Shown here: positions 22,165-40,135 of the stretch, piece by piece
Layout of the letters: the number at the start of each line of letters is the position of its first letter
How positions within the stretch are numbered: the first letter of the stretch is position 1
Origin: Eledone cirrhosa
Taxonomy: Eukaryota
Direction of reading: 5' to 3'
Length of the DNA stretch: 64,000 nucleotides
NCBI GenBank assembly: GCA_964016885.1
Contig: OZ024743.1
Span: 272,862,001-272,926,000, forward strand
The notes under the pieces: model-generated
The model's input: only the letters and a program-made list of their open reading frames with translations
Database searches by the model: none
What the model was told of the DNA's origin: nothing
Position numbers and translations under genes: made by a program

Positions 22165-22260
22165 GTTAACTTTGCCTTTCATCCTTACGGGGTCGATAAA
22201 ATAAAGTACCAGTAATACACTGGGTAATTGCTGGCCTTGTGCCTAACGTAGAAACAATTA
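22165..22260 (+). mobile_element. 5'-truncated SINE with target-site duplication
   Basis: Flanked by the direct repeat attattaatataatcgtta. Confidence 0.8.
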
Positions 22261-23575
22261 TTAATATAATCGTTATTGAAGATAAAACAACTTTAAAGTT
22301 ATGTTCAGGACCAATCAGTAATTTTCCTGATTCGTCAACAAGGGAAGGCTAATATCCATCTCTTTTCAAGATTTCCGTGGTCGATAGGAGAGATGAGCGA
22401 TGTCTTACTTCACATACAGAGAGTAGAGTAAAATGTTTACAAAAGAGGGAACTTCTTTTAAACCCCCAAGTCGCTAGTTGTACACCTAAAGTGGTAATTG
22501 GATTATTGTTTTCACCCCAAGAACTAGGAACGCAAATACTTAGCACAAATAAAAGTACGCATTTTGCTCGACGTTCTAACAAACTACCTACTCACTGCAA
22601 TAGACTAGTATTTTATTTTATCCATCCCGAAATTTGACCCCTGCAGTATTTGAACAAATATTATAACTGCAACTTAATTCCCACGGTATTCGTTTGTTTT
22701 ATTACAATGCTGCTTCAGAATGCAGAATTAGAAATTCTTTCAAATTATTTAGAATAGAATGCAATCTTCCATCATGAATTAGATTTATTGACAATGTTTT
22801 AAGTTACTTATCGCATATTTCTCTTTTGATGTCATCTTCCTTTATTTTATACTTTCTAATGTATATGTAAAGAACTGGGTTGGGAAAATATCCTTGAAAT
22901 ATTTACTGTTATAAATATGCGTGTTATTTGATATTCATCAAATTTTCCCCCAGTATCGAATTAGCCTGCCATATACACCCTACTTTACATTCATTGATAC
23001 ATATGCATTCAGTTAGCGTTTATGTATACGCTTGTCGTTGTTTGGCAGAGTAATTCGTTCGAGCTTGTTGTAAGTATGTGCATTACACGCGAGTAATCAT
23101 AAACTGTTAATAAATCCTGAGATACTTCAGATACAGCAAAGTAATATATGTATTTGGGGAAACAAAGTGAGAGACGAAAACCTAGAAAGATGCAATCAAT
23201 ATATATATAATTATATGTACAATATGAGAGAAGGAGGGAGAAAGATCATAATGTTAATATGAAAACAAAGGAAGAATATATTATTGAATGTCACGCATTT
23301 TAGAATATATGTTGGTGATGTGTTTAGTTAAAGCTAAATGGAAGTGCAATTATGATGTATGCCTGAAACGAAAATTATCAGCCTGTAATATATATTTAGT
23401 AGATAGATAAATCTACGACAAACACTACCTTCGTTGCTTTTAGATGAGTGTAGACCGTTTTGATACGTGCCTTCAAACTCTATAGACATTTATCCAGTCT
23501 AGGTTACACGAATAAATTTGTGAGATGTTCCAACGGATATATTGTTTGAAACGAATGTTATTTAATCTATACGTG

Positions 23576-23608
<33 letters not shown>

Positions 23609-23613
<5 letters not shown>

Positions 23614-23793
23614 CGAAGGAAATGTGGTAAGGAACCAGGTGGACCATAACGCACCAAAGTACTCAATACTTGAGGTAGTAGAGTGGGTAATAGGAACCAG
23701 TAAGACCCCGACAGCTGAGCTCAAGCCGTTTCGACGGCTAATTAGCCGTCGAAACGGCTTGAGCTCAGCTGTCGGGGTCTTACTGGTTCCTAT
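23609..23793 (-). mobile_element. Palindromic PLE-terminus derivative, copy 1
   Basis: Perfect palindrome of about 102 bp at 23691-23792, centred on ggctaattagcc; homologous to 30544-30760 and 43582-43779. Confidence 0.85.
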
Positions 23794-25462
23794 ATATATA
23801 TATATATATTATATATGTATATATATATATATATATATTATATATGTATATATATATATATATTATATATATAATATATGTATATAGAGTTTAGAATAGC
23901 TATCTAATCATAACCATGGACGAAGGTAAAGTGCCGAAACAGATTTTAGTATTCGTGCTATCATCAAGTCTTAGAATTTCCAGATTACCATTTGCAAGAG
24001 AACATCAGGTGATTACTTAATCTGCTACGAACAGCAGTAACATTTCCTAAAGAAATCTACAGACTTAATAAATGTAAGAACACTATGAGCAATACTATCC
24101 TAAATATAATGAAACACGTATGACTAGAGGTGAAATGATTAGGTAATATTTCTTCATCCAAAAATATCCAACATCTGCAAAGAAATCATACGATTGTTAG
24201 TTTTTGATATTTGACATTTCGTATTCACACGAGAAGAGTTTTCCTTCTGCCAATTCTCAGTGATAAGCTGTACAGTATTTTATGCACATACACAGTGGTA
24301 TGTGTAAGATCTCAGCAAATCAAGTGTGCGAACCAAGTTTAGTTTCTAGTTGGAAATATACTTTTCCAATTGAATTCTAAAGCAGTGATTACAGTTTTGT
24401 GGTTATATTTGATTTAAGTTAGGAGGCATTCAAATAAATGTTTATCATGAAATGATATGTAAATAAATCTTATTTGTGTATTTGCAATTATACGTTTATC
24501 GTATCATTAAAAACTTGAATAAATGAATGATTGGAGATTATCCTTTCATGTATGCTTACTGTTATGTTTATTCAATTATAATCAAATAAATCTATCCAGT
24601 TAGACATTCCATTTCACACATAACAACTTACCTTAAATATTTTAGCATTCTAAAATGTCAAGAAAGGACCTCAAATTTGGGTGACGCGTGAAGTCGACTT
24701 TATAAAATGAAGTACTTGACAGTTCGATTATTTTGTAAATATCGAACGGACGAAGGACAAAGTTGAACCCGGCGAAATTTGAGCTGAGATCATCGAGAGG
24801 TTTAACTAAATACTGGAAGACATTTTTCCGATAATAAATTTTGTTTGCATCATGTATTGCACCTATTTTAATTATTCTATTATTTCGCACGCAAGTAGGT
24901 TAATGAAATCGCAAATACTGATCTTAATTACTAAGGAAATATTAATGATTTTACACAATCAATAACATTTAAGATTTTTGGTTGTAATTATAAAACGTTT
25001 GAAAATAATATCAATCCACCATTCAATAACGAGTTTTCTTATATTTTTATAATCCTGTTAAGATTAGATGTTACTTTTAACGTTAATTGGCAGTATTGCA
25101 ATTTATAATTCTTTGAAGAGACATTAGTTAGTGATGTAACAAAATAGCTTGGTTGGGCAATATAGAAAGATTCCGCAATTGTCAACAGTATACGTGCAAT
25201 GATATTCAAAGATATTTTCTCAAACAGAATTATATGTTATTGCAATGTTGCAATTATCTTGTCTTTAAGATATATTTCGAGGCAATGGCTCAAATTAGTG
25301 ACAGTGACAGTATCAGTAAATAGTTATGATTACAGTGCACCTACGGGTAAATATTGAACAATCTGTATGTTGTTTATAACATTCCAATATGCTATCAGAA
25401 CTTAAATACCACATCAATTTATCTTTGCACATCGAATTCATATTTATAGTAAATGGCGGTAA

Positions 25463-26276
25463 TCTGTATATATATAAAATTAAGTATGTGTGTGTGTCTG
25501 TGTCTGTGTGTCTGTGTATTATCTATAGGGGCCTACATCTTACGACCGATTTTCATGAAACTTTACAGGTTCATAGATTAGTCATCGGGGAGTGTTTTCT
25601 ATGCATCAGCGTATCGTTTTTTTTTTATTCCGGGGTCATTCTGCAGATAAAAATCGATAGGGGGGGGGAGGGTCACATTTTTTTAGGTATCGAAAAATAA
25701 GACTTTTGGTTCTAGCTCCCACATTTTGCCACCGATTTCTTTCACATTTTAAAGCAAAATAGAATTTATTATTGCACATCCTGTAATGGCTTTATATTTT
25801 GCATTTGTTGTTCAGGGACGGCGTGGCAGTCGCTTAAATATTCAAAAATAGCACTTTTAAATTCAAATTTCCACTTTTTCGGCTCTAGCTCTCACATTAA
25901 TCAACCTACTTTGTTCAAATTTTACACTACGCTAGATCTGATTATTTCACGTCACATTTTGGATTTTTTGTTCAGGAACGGCGTGACAGTCGCCTAAATA
26001 TTCGAAAATAACACCTTTTCGCTCAAATTTCCGCCTTTTCGGCTCTAGCTCCCAGATTTTTCAATCGATTTCGTTCAAATTCAAAACTCCCTCCCCCAGC
26101 ATGCTCCTTCGTCAGTCACCCGCGTTTCTCAGTGATAGAGGTCATCAACACCCTCCTCCTCATGGCCTGTGTGTAGCCATAGATGAGTCACCGAGACGCA
26201 GTCGCTAAGATCAACACCTTTTCATCAAAGCAGATAATATTTTACCTACCCAGGCAATGCTGGGTACTGCTGCTAG
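25463..26276 (+). mobile_element. Non-autonomous Helitron
   Basis: A|TC start, 3' hairpin acccaggcaatgctgggt, CTAG|T end; internal duplication of about 160 bp. Confidence 0.8.
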
Positions 26277-27619
26277 TATGATAATAAATTCGTATTATTC
26301 ACATATATTTATAATGGCAATAGTTGTATAATATTGCTTCCGTGAGAGTTTAGCACACCATAGGTGTCAGGAAATTAAAGAGAGTTTTAGCTTAAGTGCA
26401 TTATGGATAGTTATTTAAAATGTTCTATAAATTTTTATATACCTTTTCCGTTACAGTTAATTTCATATATTTCTTTTGCCATAATATTTCCAAGAATTAA
26501 AATTCGATACTTTACTAATACATAAAACCATTGATGTATTTGTGTTGGTGTGTCAGATTTACGATAAAACGATTTGATACTATTAAAGTTCATTAGGTAA
26601 TGAGGAAGCACATAATAGTGGCCCGTTTGAACACACGATGATTCAATAGCCAATGAAGATTGCTTTTCTCTGTGTGTATTTGACATTCTAAAACTAGCGG
26701 CTAGGTCACCCTTAAATCACAGTGTCAGTAATGCAAACGAGAAATGATACGTGCTAAATGAAGTCCTTGATATCTATAAAATATCGGTTGTAATTTTTCG
26801 GCGTAAATCTGAGCACAAGAAAAACAACTATTAAGAAAAATATAAAATCTCACAGTAAGACTTTGCTAACCCCATAATGGCAAAAAATTCAGGCAAACAA
26901 GTCTGCAAAGTCTAGGGTAGAGTAATATTGATTGAATTAACGCCATTACATAAGTTGTACTTTATTGTACCGACCGCGCAGAATGAAAGGCAATCAACAA
27001 CTCTTGCCATATATATAATATTCACACTATCGCATCAGGGAGGTGATTTTTTTTCCGCGTTCAAGATTCGTGAATGTAAATTCCCTTCAGTTCTTCCCAT
27101 AAGCATATACAAATTCAAAAGATAAGGGAAAAAGTCACCTGGTAGAATATGAAAAAACAAAAAAAAAAAAAAAAACGATTCTGTTGTGTCCAGTCCATTT
27201 CTGCTCGAGCACGATTATTGAAAATAAATAGGTAATTCGAACGTATGAATTACTTCAACTGAACTGCTAACGCCAACACTACCAATTGAGTAAAACTTGA
27301 TATTATGTAGAAAGATTTCCCTGAGTTTTTAATGTTTACATGTAGGCACAAGGGGAATGAGCGACCATCTAGAACCTCTTCCCGTCCTCTACTATTTGCC
27401 AATTCTAGGAAAAACTAATATTATCATTAATTTTTACAAATCTTTTAGACTTATAGATCAAGTCAACTTCTGATTTCGCATCCATCGTTAAACTTTGGTT
27501 TGCTGTTTTCCGCTCCTTAATAACATAATAGAGGGTTGATCAGACACAAAGATAACACTGTTTCTATATTTCCGTCTCACCTTTGCTGATTTCTACATAT
27601 CTTTCTATTTATGGTATAC

Positions 27620-30543
<2,924 letters not shown>

Positions 30544-30548
<5 letters not shown>

Positions 30549-30853
30549 AAAATAGTCAGGACCCAGACGGTAGAGCTCAGGCCGTTTCGACTTCTATTCC
30601 TGGACTAAATTCAATTTAGTCCAGAAATAGCCGTCGAAACGGCTTGAGCTCTGCCTTCAGGGTCCTAACTTTTTTCCTATTACCCACTCTACTCCCCAAA
30701 TCATCGTGTACTCTGGTGCGTTACAGTCCACCTAATTCCTTACCACACTTCCTTCGTTATATATATATCTATATATATATATATATATTATATATTACGA
30801 AGGAGGTGTCGTAAGGAACTAGATGGACCATAACGCACCAGAGTACTCAATAC
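30544..30853 (+). mobile_element. Palindromic PLE-terminus derivative, copy 2 (diverged) plus an inverted tail fragment
   Basis: gccgtttcgac...ctggactaaattcaatttagtccag...gccgtcgaaacggc; tail repeated in inverse at 30796-30853. Confidence 0.75.
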
Positions 30854-30893
30854 GGTCGGGCTTAAACATTTTCCTATATAATATATATATATC

Positions 30894-32045
30894 TTATATT
30901 TTCAATATTATTAAGGCTGAAACGTGAGTTTTGTTACTCAGGATTTTCGCCTGTTTATCACGGGGTAATCAGACAATTTAAAAATATATAATTATTAAAA
31001 ATTCTATCATTTTCTAATATCCCCTTCCATTTTACTATTGTCAATTATTCATTTTTTTTACCTCTTTTATCCCCCATAACTTATGAGGGCCAAGCCCGCG
31101 CGTGTACACGTACACTCATACACACACCATAATATTCAAAGTTATTCCATTACCATAATATTCCTAATCTCCATCGTAGTTTTATTTCCATATTTCAAAT
31201 ATCTACTTAACATCAACACGATCCCGCTATCAATCACTCATCCATCCATCATAGTTCTTATTCACAAAATGTTCTTTAATTATTCAATTCTTTAATTCTC
31301 CGACACTACAAGCACCATCCCATCCTCTCCCTACAATCATCTCACTATCCATACACCCACCAGCCCGACGTATAGACGTGTGCATGAACTGGAATTTGTA
31401 TATTTATATTCACATCTGTATGTATGTATGCGTGTATACGTGCATTCATTTATTTACAGGTTTGCTTGCATTTTATGTGTATTTATGTACGCATGTTTAT
31501 GTGTTTTCGTATTTATTTGCGCATGTATTTGTGAATGTGCGCGGCTATTCATTTAAAAAAATTATATATGTTTATTTTTATTTATAATGCTTATGCTTAA
31601 GTCGACACTTGCGTTCATGTATCAAGCATGCGTGTGTGTACATATACATATATATATACATATTTTAAAACTGTTATTATTGTAATGCATTCAACATTTT
31701 TTTGCTTATGCCTTTTATAAGTATAGTTGTTCTTCTGTATATATGTATACATTTATTTATATATACCATCTGTTTTTTGTTGTTTTAGATGTAAGTGTGG
31801 GCAGGTGTGTTTGCGTGTAGGCACATCATTCATAATAGTTGCTTCGCTATTATTATCCTCATCTCCTTCTTCTACCCGATGTCTTCTTCATATATAACGT
31901 TAGTTCTTGTCTAATTACCCTGTGATAATCGAGCGAAACTCCTGTGGTACAAGACTCACATTTTAGCCTTAATAATATTGAATATTAAAACTCTACTTCA
32001 GTATTGAGTTCACCTTTCTTTCAGCCATCAACCACATACGGATAT
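30894..32045 (+). mobile_element. Old PLE 3' remnant with inverted terminal piece and decayed HHRs
   Basis: 30894-30978 is a degenerate reverse complement of 31905-31988; pattern ttgt-ctgatta-ccc...ggc-gaaa...gta-acaa. Confidence 0.55.
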
Positions 32046-32089
32046 ATATATATATTGAAAATTGCAAACTTGACTGTCACCACACATTA

Positions 32090-32128
32090 TGAACCTGAAG
32101 ATTTCGAAAGCATGAAAGTACTTGTTCA
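32090..32128 (+). ncRNA. Minimal type I hammerhead ribozyme
   Basis: UGAAC-CUGAAGA-U uucgaaagca U-GAAA GUAC UU-GUUCA; stem II has a mismatch. Confidence 0.7.
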
Positions 32129-32446
32129 ATTAACACTTAACATTTAATATTCTACCATACTATTTCATTATAATACCATTATACATTTTAAAGGATTGTA
32201 AATAAAACGAGTAAATCAGACAAAGTTGGAATTCCTTTTATTAATATATATATATATATAACGGCGATGAATTAGTTTTGCGAGGTTTTTTATATGAAAT
32301 CGTGTGTCGAAACAAATATTGTTATACTTGGGGAGGGTCATATTTGTGTAATATTGCCAGAAGCGAAAAGCGAAAACCAACCAAACAGTGAGTGTGTTCT
32401 GTTATTAATTCTGGCAATATTACACAAATATGACCCTCCCCAAGTA

Positions 32447-33682
<1,236 letters not shown>

Positions 33683-33804
33683 AAAAAAGATGAAATCGAA
33701 AATGCAACTGGAGTCTTTTTAAAAAAATATATTTATACCTCGTTTTTTTTTTCATTTTTGTAAAAATACCTCACTTTCTAATATATATATATAATATATA
33801 TATA

Positions 33805-33864
<60 letters not shown>

Positions 33865-33865
<1 letters not shown>

Positions 33866-34858
33866 TAGCATTAAAGCCCGGCGTTGCTCGGGGTCAGTAA
33901 GTTACCAAAAATAGGTTGCACCACGCATTTTATGTCCCCACTTTTTCGTCTGCCCGGCACTGGGTGAATGAAGGACTGCCGAAGCAGGAGCTGCGCCAGC
34001 AGTGACAATTGTTGTTTCGCCTATGGATATTAATTATCTCTGTGCAAAGAAGTGTTGAAATTTATTGTTTCACAGTACTTGCGCAACACGCGCGTAGACG
34101 ATACCAGCCGAACACCAGAGCTGCGATGGAGTTGTTCTGCATGGTTGTCTAATGTGTGTTTTCTAAATTGAAGACAGTAGGGAGGGTGTGATATGGGGGA
34201 GAGTTAGCTGCTGTTTCTAGCAGGCTTAGAGACCTCATAGAGGTATCTTTTCTAAATTTAAGACAGTAGGAGTGGTGTGATATGGGGGAGAGTTAGCTGC
34301 TGTTTTTCTAGCAGGTTTAGTGACCTCATAGAAGACATTATTTTGTATAGTAAATGAACTGATACTTCTTTCTTCCACGTTCGTTGATAGATGTTTTAAA
34401 AAAGATTTATCGTTATTTTTTTTGTTGTTGAATAAATTTGTCTGTTGCTTTTGAATAATTGTTGTTTCGTATGAAATGTAATACGTTCTCTTTGTCATTG
34501 AAGTAAATAAATGTTTGACCGTTCCACACTCAAAAACAATAGTTCTGTTTCTCTCTCCCTCTCACTCTCTCTCTCTCTCTTAAAGTTTGTAAGTTTAATC
34601 GTATATAAGAGAAAGTTGCAGCATGTATGTAGTTTTATCGAATTTTAAGGGGAGTAGAGAGAGGGTATCAGATTGTATTTAGTTTTATCGATTATTTCCG
34701 TAATTGTGGGTGAGTTTGAATGAAATAAATAATCATTGACCTAAGTTAGACCATTTACAACATTCTTACAGACTTTGAGTCGAATCAGTTTGAAATTGTG
34801 CAAATGTATGGAACATGCACACACACACACACACACACAACAATCTGCCTTTTATAGA
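33865..34858 (-). mobile_element. Non-autonomous Helitron
   Basis: Minus strand: A|TCtataaaaggcag start, hairpin cccgagcaacgccggg, CTAG|T end; internal duplication of about 85 bp at 34160-34331. Confidence 0.78.
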
Positions 34859-34862
34859 TAAT

Positions 34863-34964
34863 TGTTTCTACTTTTGGCACAAGGCCAGCAATTACGCAGT
34901 GCATTACTGGTACTTTATTTCATCGACCCCGTAAGGATGAAAGGCAAAGTTAACCTCGGCGGGA
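34863..34964 (-). mobile_element. 5'-truncated SINE with 13-bp TSD
   Basis: TSD ttttatagataat at 34850-34862 and 34965-34977. Confidence 0.88.
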
Positions 34965-34978
34965 TTTTATAGATAATG

Positions 34979-35028
<50 letters not shown>

Positions 35029-35624
35029 ATACACATTTTAATAGTGCGATTTTGTTACTAGAGAGTGAAAATATTATTCAAGTCGTTCTAGTCTGCTACT
35101 GTCAACAATTGTATATTTAGTTAGTAAAGTGAGTTTAAAAACCAACTAAAACCCATTGTTGTTTTCAATTATGATGGAGACAGAAAAAATACTTATATTT
35201 TTCTGATCTATTTTCTTAAGAAGCTTTTACGCAAAACATACATTTTACTTGAAGCACAGTAATGTATCTTTTGCTACATTTACTTTATATTTAGGTAAAG
35301 ATGTCATATTTCCATAAAAGAAAACATTCTAACATGTTATTGTATTTGTTTAGGTTTCTTTTCGAGTGTAAAGATAAATAACACGAATGAATTTATCTGG
35401 AGTGTGATATGAGCAAAATGTAGAATAATCAAATTAGGTTTTGTAATTGTGGTATCATTCAGTAGTTAGGACCACTAGAGCTGTGTTAAGCTAAACAATC
35501 ACAACAGTGTTTTTTAAAAGATATTTCAGATTGATAAAACATGATATTTGTTGACTAGAGATTAGATTGTGGCGGCGAGCTATTTTAGATTAATCATTCA
35601 AGTGGCGTATTTTGGTTGTTATCT

Positions 35625-36828
35625 ATCTATCAATCTAGGGCGGATAGAATACCCGATATCCATGGACAAGTCCGATCTAGCGGTCTCTGTCCTTCATCAT
35701 TGCCACCATGTCCTGCATCTCCAAAAGACCTGTGTCAACATATATCAACCTCGGTCTCCCTCTTCGAGTGTGTCCGCGTACGGTCTCCCACGGGAGCACT
35801 GAGTGCAGTGTCAACTCTGAATGTCGGTGAGCGTGTCCAGCTAATCTGTCTCGTCTGTGATACTTTTGAGCTGTCTTTTGGGAGGTTCCGATATAGATCT
35901 GAGTTCTTCATCCTGTGTATATACTGATTAATGTGCAGAGCCATCCTCAGCATTTCCGTGTAGCACCCACCCACTATCTGAGTGTGTTTCTTGGTCAGGG
36001 TCCAAGTCTCCGACTCGTACAGTAGCACAGTCTCCACAGTAGCAACGAAGAAACAGATCTTCATGTCTTTACGAAGATCCGCCTGCCACACCAATCTCAA
36101 ACTGTGGAACACCGCCCAGGCTTTGCTCTTCCTCTCAACCATATCATCCTCCGTGTTCCCAATGTTTGCTCCCAGATACAGGAAGTCCTCAACCAAACCT
36201 AGCGGCTTCTCTGGTTTCTTAATTGTTTTCTACCAGATACTTCGTCTTAATCTCATTTATCCTAGAGCCCCAAACTCATCGACACAGTCTCTACCTCCTG
36301 CATCAACTCCTCTGCCTTCATAACTGTGTTTGTCACCAGAATTATGTCCTCACCTAAATCAGCATCTGATATTTTTTTCGTCTTAACTCTCCTGCTCTGA
36401 GCCAGTACTACAGTAAAGCCAGAGTCCTGGTGTTTCTCCTGCGCAAGACGTATGCAATAGTCCACTGCCACTGCGATAAAACCCTTGAGCACTCCAGCCA
36501 GAATCTCAAGGAACTCCGTGATACGTCAGGTGTAATGACTTGGGCTTTCGTGTTGGTGTAGATCAGTGATATCAGGTCCACTCTCTTCTTGGGGATTCCA
36601 TAAGCCTGCAAGATCTTCATCAGGCAGTGATGGTCCATAGCACCAACGGCCTTCCTAAAGTGAATGAAAACCATGACAACAGGAGTGCTCTTTGCACTAG
36701 CTCCATCTAACTAACCTCCTCAGTATCAGGGTGTGACTGGTGGTTGATCTTCCCTCTCTGAAGCCGTTCTGTTTGCCCCTGAGCTTCTTCTCCACGTTTC
36801 GGCTGGATCCTGTTAAGCATCACCCTGT
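35625..36828 (-). mobile_element. Decayed RTE-clade LINE (RT to 3' end)
   Basis: VFIHFRKA..A.DH..LMKILQAYGIP, VEDFLYLG, FFVATVETVLLYESETWTLT; frameshifted. Confidence 0.88.
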
Positions 36829-36829
36829 A

Positions 36830-36916
<87 letters not shown>

Positions 36917-36978
36917 TAATACATGCTCTGATTATTTAATTTATTAACTCTTCATTGAGCCACAAAGTGACCCGTTGC

Positions 36979-37076
<98 letters not shown>

Positions 37077-37174
37077 GTAATAATAATAAATGTGAAGACT
37101 AAAATCCAAAGAGGGCTCGATAAGTATAAATATATATATATATATATACTGTATATATATATAAATATATATAA

Positions 37175-38837
37175 AAACCTTAAAGCAAATATTCAATGCA
37201 CAGCCCACAAGACGGATTCCAATTTCCGTATGGCTTAGACTTTGTAATAATTTTCCATTGGATGGAGTAGTCTACGTCTGTGTACTTGAGGGACTTATGT
37301 GGTTCGTGAGCTTCGTGGATGATCGTTTGTCTGGGTATCTGAAGGTCGATTGATGATTCAGGAAGCTTTCCTTAAACCAGCCCTCCGCCATATCTACATA
37401 GGATTTAACCTCTTATTGTTGATTTGGTCAGTTAGAAGTGACCACAGTTTCGTAAATTACAGCGGGTGTGTTATATTGTTGTTGAAGGGGACACCCTTCA
37501 GGCCTACGGCGAAAGCATCCCGGTGGGAGGGGGGATTCTCTTCGGACTGTTGGTGATTTGGGCCTTCATATTCTTAGCACCAGTGTATCCTAGTTTTATG
37601 CTGTGTCTGTTAAAGATTGAGCAGTATTTGTGACTTATTATGAGGAAGTGTCTATGAAAGAGCTAAAAATATTTTGTCTAGATTAGTTTTAACGATGGGC
37701 GAGAAGGGTGGGGAGAACCAAATTGTTTATCTATTAGCACGATTTCTTTTCCTATTGTTGTTGGTGTTAGTAGGGGAGTAAGCAATTGGTTACGAGAAGC
37801 CACTGTTGGCTAACGCCACATTGTAGTAGGGTTCCGCTCTGTCAAAGATTGCTTTATTAGAGGAGAGTTTAGAGATTCTAGTGCCGATACTTTTTACGAC
37901 GTTACTAAAAACCGTAGAAGGGAGGCATGAGTCCTTGTGTATGTAATTTAGTTTTTCGTTTAGTTTATTGAAGGGTTTAAAGGTGTGTGTGTGAAGATCT
38001 AATTCTATGTCTAAGTAATCTATGCTAGTAATGTTGGTAGCTAATGTTATCCTAACTCATAACTCATTAACAGTAGTAATTAAATCATTTCAAAACTGTC
38101 CAGATCGTGACAACGTTTCGGGTCAGACCATCGTCGCGGTATAAGCCCATGTAGAAGTCCGGAAACTAGTATGTAACGCATCAAAAATAAATCAGCCAAC
38201 CAAGTAACATACATCAGCACTATCGAATGATCCCATTGATATGTCGAATAGTTCTGAAGTAGTTGACTTCTTTGTCCAGGCTACTCCATTGTGAAGAGGC
38301 GGATTTTCCGGCAATCTACAATGATCTCCATGTGTAAATCATGGACGGCGGTGTAAGTGGTAGCAAAGTCCGACGCTTTGTTCAACAGGGTCAGCGAGAT
38401 CGATGGATAAAAATCCACAATGTCGAATTGAGTGAACTTTTCTTTTTTTGGACTGAAAGAGTTAAGCCACTTAATGACAGATTGCAACCTGTTAACTGGA
38501 CAGGTAGAACTTAGTTCTAATAGTCTTATCTATATTTCTAAGAATAGCCTTACTGACCAGCCCAATCTGCGTACGTGCAGGGTTCAGTAATGTACACGTG
38601 GGGTTAGAAGCAAAGTCTTCCTTGTGATCCATATGGTTGAGAAAGGCCTCACACTAAGCTAAGAATTGGAGTTTCTTATCTACCTTAAAGGTGGAAGGTA
38701 GGTGCTTGGTTTCTATATTGATGTCGTGGTAGGCTTTGAGATCAGCTTTCCTATATTTAGCAGTTATAGCGTTTTGTGCCAAGTGACTGTATGTAGTATT
38801 ATCGACTTCGTTAATATTAATAGTTTTGTCAGAACGG

Positions 38838-38841
<4 letters not shown>
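37175..38841 (-). mobile_element. Decayed Naiad-type PLE, same family as 2070-3615
   Basis: SDKT.N..EVD..TY..LA.NAIT..Y, DHK.DF..NP...LLNP, FTQFDIVDFYPSIS; DNA collinear with 2070-3200; cut by (TA)n. Confidence 0.9.
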
Positions 38842-38917
<76 letters not shown>

Positions 38918-39139
38918 GATTAGTAGTACAATGAAGCTGACATTATGGAATTTATTTAGTGGTTCTAATAATGATTTATTTGTAATATTAATGATTTCAA
39001 ACATGTTTCAGCTGAGATTCCGATGATTGCATGCTTAAAATGTTGCCTCATTGTTTTCACACCTGAAAGAATTGAGATCAGTATGTACCTTTAAGTGGAT
39101 AGCATAATTTGCTGATCTCCTAAACCCGATCACAATGAG

Positions 39140-40135
39140 GTGCGTCTGGGAGCGGTGACCAATCACTCAGATGCTGAGGCCACAAGATCAGTTAAATACC
39201 TCAAATGTGGCAAGGCCGCTGGGGAAGAGGAGATCGGGTTCAAGATGTTAAAAGTCTTAAATAGAGAACCTACTCTCTGGCTGACGAGTGTGTGCCGGAT
39301 GGTCGGGATTTCTTGAGAGGAACCTAAGCAATGGCAATCGCGAGTGATAATCTCAATTTTCAAGAAGGGAGACTAGAGAGATTGTTCTAAATCCTGAGGA
39401 TCTCCTTGTTAAGCCTCCCTAGCAAAGTCTATGCTAAGTGTCTGGCAAAAAGATGCCGGAAGATTGTCAAGTCCAAGTTAGCTGGTGAACAGTCCGGTTT
39501 TCGCCCCGGACGCAGCACAGCCGACCAAATATTCACACTGCGGCAGGTCTTCGAGAAATCGTGGGAGAATTGCCAAGAGGTATATACTTTTTTTGTCATC
39601 CTTGAAATGACATATAACCACGTTCATTGGGATTTGCTGTGGAAGGTTGTGCAGAAGTATGGGATCGATGGACATCTTGGAGTCCTGATGTCTCTATATG
39701 AAAGCCCGAGTATTTGAGTTCGGATAAATGGTGCTAAATCGAAACCATTCAATGTGGGAGTAGTACTCCGATAAGGGTGTGTACTGTCTCCTCTTCCCCT
39801 CTCCTGTTCATTATTTTTATGAACAGAATGGACATGTGCATCTGGGTTGGAAGCGGTGTAGTAATGCACCAGCTTTAGCACTCGGTAATGAGAAGAACGG
39901 AGATAGGCGTAAAAGCCAAACTCGCTATCTTCACCTCGGTATTCGTGCCAATCCTGACGTAAGGTTATGAATCCTGGGTACTGACCGAAAGAATACAATC
40001 GAGAATGCAAGCAGCCGAAATGAGTTTCCTCTGAAGGGTCTTCGGAGTAACGTAACTCGATAGAGTGCATGGCACGGAGAATAGAGAGTTCTATGTGGTC
40101 GTGATAGTGCCAGATATTGCAACCGTCTTCAGAAA
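39140..40135 (+). mobile_element. Decayed RTE-clade LINE RT fragment (second family)
   Basis: LSLPSKVYAKCL..R...EQSGFRPGRSTADQIFTLRQVFEKSWE; GCVLSPL; IEMQAAEMSFL-like C-terminal remnant. Confidence 0.88.

Noticed and set aside
23691-23792. CRISPR-like repeat or intrinsic terminator
   Set aside because: Eukaryotic context with no spacer array; explained as a fold-back of a PLE terminus
20050-27580. Host-gene exons in the unique-looking stretches (also 1-770 and 40200-43500)
   Set aside because: Only short ORFs without recognisable domains; small exons cannot be excluded without transcript data
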